Of a DNA stretch of 35,434 nucleotides, positions 16,295 through 24,640 are shown piece after piece. The DNA comes from Candidatus Parcubacteria bacterium (GTDB taxonomy: Bacteria > Patescibacteriota > Minisyncoccia > Phycocordibacterales > UBA6065): NCBI GenBank assembly GCA_019661795.1, contig JAIFWQ010000001.1, forward strand, positions 1 to 35,434, written 5' to 3'. Position 1 is the stretch's first letter; each line of letters starts with the position of its first letter. The position numbers were made by a program, and so were the translations under genes. Below the pieces are notes generated by a model, which had not been told where the DNA came from, searched no databases, and saw only the letters and a list, made by a program, of their open reading frames with translations.

Positions 16295-18637
16295 TTATAA
16301 AGAAGATCCGTCTTCTGCCCCCGGGCCGCTCTTTCCGCCATCCGCGCCATTTTCTGCGGAAGAAGCCGACGAGCCGCCCGATATGACCGATCGAGGCTTG
16401 GATCCATCAGCCGCGCCGATGACGCCGCGCTCTTCGAGGAGATCCATCAGCCGCGCCGCGCGGGAATATCCGACGCGCAATTTCCTCTGTATATATGAGG
16501 TCGAAGCTTTTCCGGCTTCCACGACGATCTGTTTAGCCTGCTCATACATATCGTCATCGTCGCCTTCGCCGCCCGGTTCGTCGCCGATACCGCCGCCGAG
16601 CGAATCGTCGAGCGTCGCGGAGAATATCGCCTTGTCGTTCTTCACGGCGGATTCCGTCAGGTTTATCTCGTCCGAGAGCTCTTCGATATGGCTGTCCGCG
16701 AGGAATTTGACCACCTTCTTCACTTCGGTTTCGGATATATAGGCGCACTGGATGCGGGTAGGCTTGGACATTTCGCCCGAAAGATAGAGCATGTCGCCCG
16801 CGCCGAGGAGCTTTTCAGCGCCGATGGTGTCGAGGATGGTGCGAGAGTCGACTTGGGACGCGACCTGCAGAGCGAGGCGGGCAGGGATGTTGGCCTTGAT
16901 GAGGCCGGTGATGACGTTGACCGACGGCCTCTGCGTCGAAAGCATCAAATGTATGCCCACGGCGCGGCTCATCTGGGCTAGGCGGACGATGCCTGCCTCG
17001 AGCTCGCGCGGATAGGTGCTCATGATGTCCGCGAGCTCGTCGATGACGATGACGATGTACGGCATCGGATCGGGACCGCGCTCTTCCAAACCTTCTTCGC
17101 CGTCTTTTTTCACTTTCACCTTCTTCGAAGCCGGCTCATAGACGTTCTTATGATATGACTCGATGTCGCGGACGCCGTGCGACTGAAGGATGTCGTAACG
17201 CCTGTCCATCTCTTTCGCCGCCCATTTGAGAGCGAGAATAGCTTTCTTGGCGTCGGTTATGACCGGGGTGAGAAGGTGAGGGATCTTGTTATAGAGCGTG
17301 AGCTCGACGCGCTTCGGGTCGATCATGATGAATTTGAGCCGTTCCGGCGAGCATCGATAGAGAAGGGAGACGATCAGCGCGTGGATAGTGACGGATTTGC
17401 CCGATCCGGTCGCACCGGCGATGAGAAGGTGGGGCATTTTCGCCACGTTGGCGAAATGCGACTTGCCGGATATGCCTTTGCCGAGGGATGCGAGGAGCGG
17501 CTTTTCAGATGTCTGGAATTCTTCGACGCTGAAAAGCGTGCCGAGGCCGACGGTGGTCTTGGTCGTATTCGGGATCTCGATGCCGACGAGCGATTTGCCA
17601 GGGATCGGCGCTTCGATGCGCAAAGGATGGGCGGCCAAAGCCAGGGCGAGGTCGTTCTGAAGCGCCACGATGCGCGAAAGCTTCACGCCCTCGGCCGGCT
17701 TCAGGGCGTATCGCGTCACGGAAGGGCCGATGGATACTTCATCCATCTCCACGTCGATGCCGAAATTCGAAAGCGTCCTCTTTATGATGTTGGCGTTCGC
17801 TTTGACGTCGCCCACCACAGGCTTGCCTTTGTCGCGCTCCAAAAGAGAGAGCGGAGGAGGCGTATACGCATGAGAAGCGTCGCGCTTCGAAGGCTTGATG
17901 AAGTCTTTCGTCTCGTCGCCTGCGCCTGCGGCGATCTTTATATCCTTCTTTTTATCTTCTTTCGTTTCTTTCGGCTTCTCGGCGACATCGCTTTTCGGTT
18001 TTTTCGCAGGTTCCGGCTCGGCATCGAACGGAAGGGCTATGTTTATCTCTTCGTCCTCGTCTTCCGTATCGCCTTCGGCGTCTTTTTCTTTGCCCTTATG
18101 GAAATTGAAGAGCGATTTGAGGTCGAGCTCTTCGTTAAAAGCGATCAATATGGATATCACGACCAGAGCGGAAAGGAATACGAGGCTCGCCGACGTGTCG
18201 AAGAGCTTCACGAAAGGCCATGCCAGCCATTTGCCGACGTAGCCGCCGTTCGGCGGAGTGCCGGGAGAGACGATGTCTATGATACCGAGAAGCGATACGA
18301 GAAAGAGGAGCGATCCGTAGAGTTTCGCCGAATCGAAATGCTTGTGAAGGTTCCGGAGGAATGTCAGGGCGAGGACGACGAATATAAGAGGGAGGAGGTA
18401 GTAGCCGACGCCGAGAAGATATAGAAGGCCGCGGAACGTGTAATGGCCGACGATGCCCGCTTTGTCCCAGATGGCGAGGGCGGTGAATATGGCGAGCACG
18501 AAGAACACGACGGCCGATACCCCTTGGAGCGTTTCGTCGGGCAGGTTCTTCAGGAAGCCTCTTTTCTTCTTTCCCTCTTCTTTCTTGCCGCTCTTTTCGG
18601 GCTTGTCCTCTCGTTCCTCGTTCTTTCTTTTGGCCAT
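16295..18637 (-). CDS. ftsK: DNA translocase FtsK/SpoIIIE
   Basis: N-terminal TM helices, a charged linker, Walker A 'GATGSGKSV', 'VIVIDELADIM', 'GIHLMLSTQRPS', and the gamma wHTH domain 'ASTSYIQRKLRVGYSRAARLMDLLEERGVIG'. The tracked ORF opens at TTG 18646. ATG at 18637 (MAKRK...) is preferred because the -10 box sits on 18646-18651. Confidence 0.95.
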   Translation of the reverse strand: MAKRKNEEREDKPEKSGKKEEGKKKRGFLKNLPDETLQGVSAVVFFVLAIFTALAIWDKAGIVGHYTFRGLLYLLGVGYYLLPLIFVVLALTFLRNLHKHFDSAKLYGSLLFLVSLLGIIDIVSPGTPPNGGYVGKWLAWPFVKLFDTSASLVFLSALVVISILIAFNEELDLKSLFNFHKGKEKDAEGDTEDEDEEINIALPFDAEPEPAKKPKSDVAEKPKETKEDKKKDIKIAAGAGDETKDFIKPSKRDASHAYTPPPLSLLERDKGKPVVGDVKANANIIKRTLSNFGIDVEMDEVSIGPSVTRYALKPAEGVKLSRIVALQNDLALALAAHPLRIEAPIPGKSLVGIEIPNTTKTTVGLGTLFSVEEFQTSEKPLLASLGKGISGKSHFANVAKMPHLLIAGATGSGKSVTIHALIVSLLYRCSPERLKFIMIDPKRVELTLYNKIPHLLTPVITDAKKAILALKWAAKEMDRRYDILQSHGVRDIESYHKNVYEPASKKVKVKKDGEEGLEERGPDPMPYIVIVIDELADIMSTYPRELEAGIVRLAQMSRAVGIHLMLSTQRPSVNVITGLIKANIPARLALQVASQVDSRTILDTIGAEKLLGAGDMLYLSGEMSKPTRIQCAYISETEVKKVVKFLADSHIEELSDEINLTESAVKNDKAIFSATLDDSLGGGIGDEPGGEGDDDDMYEQAKQIVVEAGKASTSYIQRKLRVGYSRAARLMDLLEERGVIGAADGSKPRSVISGGSSASSAENGADGGKSGPGAEDGSSL

Positions 18638-18645
18638 GATGAACA

Positions 18646-18654
18646 ATTATATCA
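18646..18654 (-). promoter_or_regulatory. Extended -10 element (TGATATAAT on the - strand) 8 nt upstream of the ftsK ATG
   Basis: The reverse complement of 18646-18654 reads TGATATAAT. ATG is at 18637-18635. Confidence 0.4.
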
Positions 18655-18757
18655 TCAATGGAAGGCGGCATCTGCGGGCGCAGTCGCTCCGCATTGCGTC
18701 CGCGCGCCTTTCGTGTCGCATGTGCATAAAGGTCTTTACGTCCTTTACGGGAGGTTT

Positions 18758-18862
18758 ATAATGGACATCACTTCTTGACAGATTTCCATAAAAGACATAT
18801 TATTTAAAGGACAAGATTCCTCTGCCCGAACCGGCCTATAAAGGACAATCTTATTAAAGACA
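18758..18862 (+). repeat. Array of five direct repeats, consensus WTAAAGGACA (operator-like)
   Basis: ATAATGGACA 18758-18767, ATAAAAGACA 18788-18797, TTAAAGGACA 18804-18813, ATAAAGGACA 18838-18847, ATTAAAGACA 18853-18862. Two pairs are spaced 15-16 bp apart. Confidence 0.5.
18775..18803 (+). promoter_or_regulatory. Near-consensus sigma70 promoter for the wHTH gene
   Basis: TTGACA (18775-18780), exactly 17-nt spacer, TATTAT (18798-18803). Confidence 0.55.
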
Positions 18863-18889
18863 GCCAAAATAACCTTAATTTGCAAAGCT

Positions 18890-19741
18890 ATGGAAGGGAC
18901 ACCTCATAATCAGGATAATCGCATCGAAGCGCGCCCTTCGGAGAAGGGTCTCGATGCGGGGATCGTTTTCGGACACAATTCACATTTCGCTTTCGTATAC
19001 AAAAAGACAGAAAAGCTCGTTACGGCGGTCTACATGATCACCAACTTCATCAAGGACAGCGAGCCCCTGAAATGGAAGATCCGCGAAAGCGCCCTCTCTC
19101 TTATGGCCCTTAATCTCGACTGGAGCACGGTCTCGCTCGCCGAGCGCCGCGACCTTCTCAAAGAATATCAGGCCCTCGCCCTCGAGATCGTATCTCTTTC
19201 GAGCGTAGCCCATCATTCAGGCCTTATTTCGGAGATGAATTTCCATATCCTTTCTCGCGAATTCAACAGCCTCGTATCCGTCATATCGAAGGACGAGAAC
19301 AAGAAGGCGAATGAGGAGACCATCATTCTCGATCCGCGATTCTTCGATACTCATGACGCCGAACCGCTTCCTCTGTCTGAAGCTTCTTTCTCCGCGCCTG
19401 TCGCGCCAATGCCCGCTGCGGCTCATAAAGGACATGTATCAAGGACATCGGTTCCTGCGGTCGACGAGTCCCGCACGATCCGCAAACCGGAGTATCTTCC
19501 TCTCAAGGACATGCAGCCGAAGCCTGAACGAGCGCTGCGAACGCCTGAATCAAAGGACAGCAGGCAGGGCGCCATAATCAAGCTCCTTTCAAAGAAAAGC
19601 GGCCTGAACATACGGGACTTCGCCGAGAACATCAAAGGCTGCAGCGAAAAGACCATACAGCGCGAGCTCCTCGCCATGGTAGCTACCGGTGTCCTTAAAA
19701 AGGAAGGGGAAAGGCGCTGGAGCACCTATTCTCTGGCTTAA
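18890..19741 (+). CDS. Putative transcriptional regulator with a C-terminal winged-helix DNA-binding domain
   Basis: 283 aa. Helical N-terminal domain, a Pro/Ala-rich linker, and C-terminal 'AIIKLLSKKSGLNIRDFAENIKGCSEKTIQRELLAMVATGVLKKEGERRWSTYSL', which resembles DeoR/MarR-like wHTH domains. Confidence 0.65.
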   Translation: MEGTPHNQDNRIEARPSEKGLDAGIVFGHNSHFAFVYKKTEKLVTAVYMITNFIKDSEPLKWKIRESALSLMALNLDWSTVSLAERRDLLKEYQALALEIVSLSSVAHHSGLISEMNFHILSREFNSLVSVISKDENKKANEETIILDPRFFDTHDAEPLPLSEASFSAPVAPMPAAAHKGHVSRTSVPAVDESRTIRKPEYLPLKDMQPKPERALRTPESKDSRQGAIIKLLSKKSGLNIRDFAENIKGCSEKTIQRELLAMVATGVLKKEGERRWSTYSLA

Positions 19742-19747
19742 GAGGCG

Positions 19748-19781
19748 AAAACCCCGGTCGGACCGGGGTTTCTTGCTTTTT
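19748..19781. terminator. Rho-independent terminator (bidirectional architecture)
   Basis: AAACCCCGGTC / GACCGGGGTTT stem with no spacer between the arms (the innermost pairs must open to form the loop). An A-run precedes it and TCTTGCTTTTT follows. Confidence 0.75.
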
Positions 19782-20315
19782 GGGCGGTTTTCATATAATA
19801 TAGTGCTGTGGAATAACCCCAGAAATAAGGCCTTACAAGGCCCATTTCGGTTATCCACATTGCCCGTTTTGCGCCTCATGGCGCGAAAACGTATAATAAG
19901 CGGGCTACAGCAAGGCAGTATTTTCGAGAGTTCTCCCGCGCTCTTGTCCATTGAAAACCTCATAGCGATACGAAAAGTTACAGTCCATCCGAATCCGTTC
20001 CGGACGGTTTCCCGATATTCCGCATTCATCCATACCCCTCACAACTATCCCCGTGATTGAGTCGACCCAGCGCTTTGTTCTCGAAGCCATTCGAAACCAA
20101 AGCGCTGGGAAAATAAATCCCGGGGAATAGTCGAGGACCGGTCGGACGGGTCGATCACATCGATCCGCACGGCGCGGTCCACGTCCTTCCTTTCGCCGTC
20201 GATAAGCGGAAGGGAAGATGAAAGATTATTCGTTTAGTCGACGGAATGGGAAAGCATCGTTTACAAATCAAAGCCTTTCCTTTAATTCCATCATTACTAG
20301 AAGCACACACAAAAT
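19782..20315 (+). other. ~530 nt non-coding, hairpin-dense region: long 5' UTR of the surface-protein gene or an unclassified structured RNA
   Basis: No convincing ORF. Strong helices include 19807-19859 (TGTGGAATAACC...GGTTATCCACA enclosing GGCCTTACAAGGCC), 19864-19890, 20067-20110 (12-bp perfect stem CCCAGCGCTTTG/CAAAGCGCTGGG), 20136-20180 (GGACCG...CGGTCC) and 20186-20216. Confidence 0.3.
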
Positions 20316-22253
20316 ATGTCAATCAAAACAACTTCGAAGGTTGTAGCAGCGGTCGTAGGTTTCGGCCTCGCCCTCTCGATCTTCGCAGGCGTAGCAGTTT
20401 CGTCAACGAACGCTCAGGCAATGACCTTGTCTCAGCTCGTCGACCTCTTTATCAGCCTCGGCATCATCTCTCCTGACAAGGCAGCAGCAGCTAAGGCAGC
20501 TGTTTCCTCTTCTACGACCGCATCGTCGGCTTCGTTCATGAAGGACCTCACGGTAGGTTCTTCTGGCGCAGACGTCTCTGCTCTCCAGAAGGCAGTCGGC
20601 GTATCTCCGGCAACGGGTTACTTCGGCTCTGTTACGAAGGCAGCCGTCGTCGCATACCAGAAGTCTCATGGTCTTCCTGCAACGGGTTACGTTGGAGCGC
20701 TCACCCGAGCTTCTCTCAACGGCTCGACGCCAGCGACCGGATCTACTGGCTCGACGGGCACCGTAGTCAACTCTGGCGTTGAGGGCATCCTCACCGCAGA
20801 CGCTGGCTCGCTCTCGAACATCACGCTTTACGAAGGTCAGACGATGGTCCCTGTGATCAACGTTAGGCTCCAGGCCAAGCTCTCGGACATCAACGTCCAG
20901 CGCATCCAGCTTGACCTCGGTTCGAACACGACCATCTACACCAAGGTCTTCAAGACCATGTATGTCGTAGATGACTCGGGCAAGGTTCTCGCTCAGGCAG
21001 ACCTCAACAGCAACACTGTTGTTAAGTCTGGCACGACGTACATCTTGACCCTCGGTGGATTCAGCTACACGGTTCCGAAGGACTCTACGAAGTACCTCAC
21101 CGTAAAGGCTGACCTCTACTCGTCGATCAAGTCTTCGGCAGCAGCAGGCTGCGACGGTACCGGCGACACGTGTACGATCACTGTTCCTGTGAACGGCGTT
21201 CGCGGCACGGACGGCGCTGGCATCGACCAGTACTCTCCTGCAACGTCCTTCTCGCAGGCAGTTTCGATCTCCGGATCGCTCACTGACTCTGCACAGCTCC
21301 TCGTCTCTACTGACGCTGCAAACTTCCTCGCATCGGATGTGGTAGCCGCAGCTGGTTCGAACAACAACCAGTATGACAAGCTCCCTCTCCTCGCGTTCGA
21401 CGTTCGCGCTCAGAAAGACGCGGTTCAGATCACCGACCTTAACGTCACCGTCAACGGTGTCGGCGCTGCTACGGCAACCGCTGCATACCTCTATGATGGC
21501 TCGACGCTCATAGGTTCGGCTTCTGTCAACAGCTCGTCCGGCGTAGCATCGTTCACGAACATCAACTACTGGGTTCCAAAGGATACGACCAAGGTCCTTA
21601 CCGTTAAGGCTGATATTCAGAGCGCTGCATCGACGAACTCGACGTTCAACGTAACCGTCGCTGCCGCTGGTCCTACGGCTAAGAACTCAGCAGGTTCTAC
21701 CGTAACCCCAACGGGCACGGCTACCGGTAACACGTTCAACGTTCGAAGCGTAGGTCCTGTATTCACCCTTAACTCGGCAACGATCACTAAGGGCGCTACG
21801 GCATCTCAGAACAACTTCTCGACCTCTACGGCCGAGGCAGTGTTCAGCATCACGATCCAGGCAGTCGGTGGAGATGTATTCTTCGGCACGCAGGCTGCAT
21901 CGACGACGTTCGGATTCTCCATCTACAAGGCTGGAGTCAAGAACGATGTCCCAGGTACCGGCGGTCTCGGAACTGCATCTTCGACCTCATGGTCTATCCC
22001 TTCATCGGGCGTAGTAACCTCTGGTCTTAACTCGACGACGGCATTCAAGCTCGCTCAGAACAACTCTGTAACGATGCCTGTATCGTTCGTCTTCGAAGGC
22101 AGGACGACTACTGGAGCACTCCTTCCAACCGCTTCATACGCAGTTGGTCTCGAGTCGATCAAGTGGTCTACTACTGACGGCGGCGTATCGAACACTTCGA
22201 CCTTCATGGCTGGTCAGTCAGCTTGGAGGACGACTTCTGTATCGCTTCCTTAA
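20316..22253 (+). CDS. Secreted surface (S-layer-like) protein: signal peptide, PG_binding_1-like domain, and a long Ser/Thr/Ala-rich beta region
   Basis: 645 aa. Signal peptide 'VVAAVVGFGLALSIFAGVAVSSTNAQA'. Peptidoglycan-binding motif 'GSSGADVSALQKAVGV...TGYFGSVTKAAVVAYQKSHGLPATGYVGALTRASL'. Codon usage (gca/gct, gtt/gta, tct, ggt) is visibly different from neighbouring genes. Confidence 0.85.
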   Translation: MSIKTTSKVVAAVVGFGLALSIFAGVAVSSTNAQAMTLSQLVDLFISLGIISPDKAAAAKAAVSSSTTASSASFMKDLTVGSSGADVSALQKAVGVSPATGYFGSVTKAAVVAYQKSHGLPATGYVGALTRASLNGSTPATGSTGSTGTVVNSGVEGILTADAGSLSNITLYEGQTMVPVINVRLQAKLSDINVQRIQLDLGSNTTIYTKVFKTMYVVDDSGKVLAQADLNSNTVVKSGTTYILTLGGFSYTVPKDSTKYLTVKADLYSSIKSSAAAGCDGTGDTCTITVPVNGVRGTDGAGIDQYSPATSFSQAVSISGSLTDSAQLLVSTDAANFLASDVVAAAGSNNNQYDKLPLLAFDVRAQKDAVQITDLNVTVNGVGAATATAAYLYDGSTLIGSASVNSSSGVASFTNINYWVPKDTTKVLTVKADIQSAASTNSTFNVTVAAAGPTAKNSAGSTVTPTGTATGNTFNVRSVGPVFTLNSATITKGATASQNNFSTSTAEAVFSITIQAVGGDVFFGTQAASTTFGFSIYKAGVKNDVPGTGGLGTASSTSWSIPSSGVVTSGLNSTTAFKLAQNNSVTMPVSFVFEGRTTTGALLPTASYAVGLESIKWSTTDGGVSNTSTFMAGQSAWRTTSVSLP

Positions 22254-22305
22254 CGGAAACGCTACTGGAGCATATGTCGGATCTAACGGTCTGACATAGT
22301 TTCGG

Positions 22306-22340
22306 CAAAAGCCGCATCGCAAGGTGCGGCTTTTGCGTTG
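22306..22340 (+). terminator. Rho-independent terminator
   Basis: CAAAAGCCGCA-TCGCAAGG-TGCGGCTTTTG, followed by a T-rich tail. Confidence 0.7.
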
Positions 22341-22346
22341 TCTGGT

Positions 22347-22352
22347 TATAAT
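22347..22352 (+). promoter_or_regulatory. -10 hexamer TATAAT 6 nt upstream of the ATG (candidate leaderless start)
   Basis: TATAAT at 22347-22352 and ATG at 22359. This is the same geometry as at 4231/4243. Confidence 0.35.
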
Positions 22353-22358
22353 GAAGCC

Positions 22359-23345
22359 ATGAAAGAACAGCGCGGATTCATAATGAAGCTCACGCTTTTC
22401 GTCGTCGCGGCATGCGTCCTTTTCATCGTCTTCGCATCGCTCGCGCGATATATCGGCCCGGGGACGTTCAATAATCTCGGCGACCTCTCGAGCAATTCGA
22501 ACCCATCCGGCTTTTCCGCCGACAGCAAGACCAACCCCCTTCTCGATTTCCTCGACACGTCCGGCGGCTCCGCTTCGTTCGGTGCGCCGAGCGGCGTTTC
22601 GAATACCCCTGCTTCGTCCCGTTCCGCCTATGCCGGCAGGATATCGCTTTCAAGCGGCAATGCGAGCTATTCCAATCAGCCGTTCGAGGAATACGTGACC
22701 ATCAGGAATTCTGGCAAAGGCTCGGTCAGCATCACGGGCTGGACGCTCACGAACGGCAAAGGAACCCGTCCGATCGAGACGAGTCAGAACAGCTACATAT
22801 ATCCTGCTGCGGATTCGGCGACTATTGGCCAGGGCACCGAATTCCTCGATCCATCGGGCGCGTTCCAGGTGGGACCGATCGTGCTTCGTCCGGGGGACAA
22901 TGCCATCGTGACGACGGGACGCCCGTTCTCGCAATTCCCGTTCTCTATATATACGAGCTTCCGCGAAAATATATGCGAAGGCTATCTCAAAAATTACCCG
23001 TTCGATCCGCCGCTCAACCAGTCGTGCCCATATCCGGCGAACGATCCGGCCATACGGACCGTGACGGACGAATGCTACGACTATATGCAGTCGCTCAGCC
23101 GATGCGAAGATCCGGAAAAATATGACAAGACCCGCTTCGAGCTCCAGACGATGCAGTGCAGGAATTTCATGACGTCGCGGCTCAACTATCCGTCCTGCGT
23201 GGCGAGGAACGGGAATTCCGCCGGATTCTCGACCAATCAGTGGCGCGTATTTCTGGGCAAAGGCAGAGAGCTCTGGGCGAGCCAAAGGGAGACGATCACG
23301 CTCTATGATTCGAAGGGGTTGATAGTCGATCAGATAAGTTATTAA
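22359..23345 (+). CDS. Membrane-anchored lamin-tail-domain (LTD) protein with a Cys-rich C-terminal domain
   Basis: TM helix 'LTLFVVAACVLFIVFASL'. LTD-like 'EEYVTIRNSGKGSVSITGWTLTNGKG...LRPGDNAIVTTG'. Six Cys fall in the last ~90 aa. The tracked ORF opens at TTG 22338; ATG 22359 is preferred. Confidence 0.8.
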   Translation: MKEQRGFIMKLTLFVVAACVLFIVFASLARYIGPGTFNNLGDLSSNSNPSGFSADSKTNPLLDFLDTSGGSASFGAPSGVSNTPASSRSAYAGRISLSSGNASYSNQPFEEYVTIRNSGKGSVSITGWTLTNGKGTRPIETSQNSYIYPAADSATIGQGTEFLDPSGAFQVGPIVLRPGDNAIVTTGRPFSQFPFSIYTSFRENICEGYLKNYPFDPPLNQSCPYPANDPAIRTVTDECYDYMQSLSRCEDPEKYDKTRFELQTMQCRNFMTSRLNYPSCVARNGNSAGFSTNQWRVFLGKGRELWASQRETITLYDSKGLIVDQISY

Positions 23346-23390
23346 ATTTTCTTCAGCGATCCTTTATCGCTCTCTTGAGATGATGGCTTC

Positions 23391-24632
23391 ATGCGAAAAG
23401 CAGCCATCATCTTTTTATGTTTTATATCCCTTCCGTTCGCCGCAGCGGGCAGCTCTTCTTCGATCGTCATAACGGAGATCATGTATGACCTTCCAGGAAC
23501 GGATCCCGGTCGCGAATGGGTCGAGGTAGAGAATACGGGCGCCGCGGCCATAGACTTTTCAACGTGGAAGCTTTTCGAGGCGAACATCAATCACAAGATC
23601 GCAGCCGTCGGTTCGGCCGAGCTTCCCGCGGGCGGTTTCGCTGTCATCGCCGATTCGCCTGAAAAATATCGCGCCGATAATCCCGGATTCTCGGGCCTGC
23701 TTTTCGATAGCGCCTTTTCTCTCGGGAACGAAGGCGAACCGATCGTATTGCGGGATGAAAGCGGCGCGGACATAGATTCCGTATCGTACCTGCCGGCATG
23801 GGGCGCGGCAGGCGACGGCAATTCGCTTCAAAAGGCAGCTTCCGGTTCATGGGTATCAGCTGTTCCCACGCCGGGATCCGCGACGGCTGCAGCAGGGAAT
23901 CAACCGGAGCCTCAACCTGAAACTACCGGCCCGATCGCAGATCCAGACACGACTTCGACCATCGCTCCGAATCCAGTTAAAAATCCGGAGATATCCACGC
24001 ACAGCAGCCAGGAAGAGGTAAACGTCTCGTACGAAAAGCCTCAATTCGAGATCACTGCAGGCCGGCCGCGCATCGGTTTCGTCGGCGCGCCGCTCCTTTT
24101 CGAAGCGAAAGTGACCAAGTCCAAAGGCATCGAGCCGGGAAGCGGTGTTCGGAGTGTCTGGTCGATGGGGGACGGGACCGAGATATCCGGCTTGTTCGTA
24201 TCGCACGCCTATGAATATCCGGGCGATTATATCGTCGTCGCCAATACCGATTCGGGCGGAGCGCATGCTGTGGCGAAAACCAATGTGCACATCGTAACGC
24301 CAAAGCTCGGCATATCGATCTATCAAGGATCTGTCCGCATATCGAATCTCGATCGAGGAGAGATGAACGTGGGCGGTTTCATCGTCGAAGATTCGAAGCG
24401 ACGCTCTATATTGCCGCGCGATACGATCATCGCTCCTCTGTCTTCGATCATGCTCTCTTCAGCCGAGGCCGGGTTCGGCGCGCCTGAAGGATTCATACGC
24501 ATCGCCGCTCCGTCAGGGAAGATATTTTCACAAGCGCCGGCTCCCGGAGAGCCTGTCATCGCCCTTCCCGCGGATTTCGACGCGGCCGCATTCCGGAGCC
24601 GTTTTGAAGAGCTTTATAAGCCTAATCGATAG
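23391..24632 (+). CDS. Secreted LTD plus PKD-domain protein
   Basis: 413 aa. Signal peptide 'AAIIFLCFISLPFAAAG'. LTD 'IVITEIMYDLPGTDPGREWVEVENTGAAAIDFSTWKL...GNEGEPIVLRDESGADIDSVSY'. PKD-like 'WSMGDGTEISGLFVSHAYEYPGDYIVVANTD'. There is a second degenerate LTD-like segment near the C-terminus. Confidence 0.85.
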   Translation: MRKAAIIFLCFISLPFAAAGSSSSIVITEIMYDLPGTDPGREWVEVENTGAAAIDFSTWKLFEANINHKIAAVGSAELPAGGFAVIADSPEKYRADNPGFSGLLFDSAFSLGNEGEPIVLRDESGADIDSVSYLPAWGAAGDGNSLQKAASGSWVSAVPTPGSATAAAGNQPEPQPETTGPIADPDTTSTIAPNPVKNPEISTHSSQEEVNVSYEKPQFEITAGRPRIGFVGAPLLFEAKVTKSKGIEPGSGVRSVWSMGDGTEISGLFVSHAYEYPGDYIVVANTDSGGAHAVAKTNVHIVTPKLGISIYQGSVRISNLDRGEMNVGGFIVEDSKRRSILPRDTIIAPLSSIMLSSAEAGFGAPEGFIRIAAPSGKIFSQAPAPGEPVIALPADFDAAAFRSRFEELYKPNR

Positions 24633-24640
24633 ATGATATT

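Noticed and set aside
17177-18424. 415-aa + strand ORF inside ftsK.
   Set aside because: It is antisense to the FtsK motor and linker region, which has clear Walker A/B and gamma-domain motifs. The translation is low-complexity.
19782-20315. Possibility that the long intergenic region is RNase P RNA, tmRNA, SRP RNA or a hidden protein gene (ORFs 19689..20060 +, 19905..20090 -, 19589..20029 -).
   Set aside because: None of the diagnostic conserved strings of those RNAs is present on either strand. The ORFs overlap the upstream gene or its terminator, or start inside strong stems, and have no coding-like codon bias. The region is kept only as an unclassified structured region.
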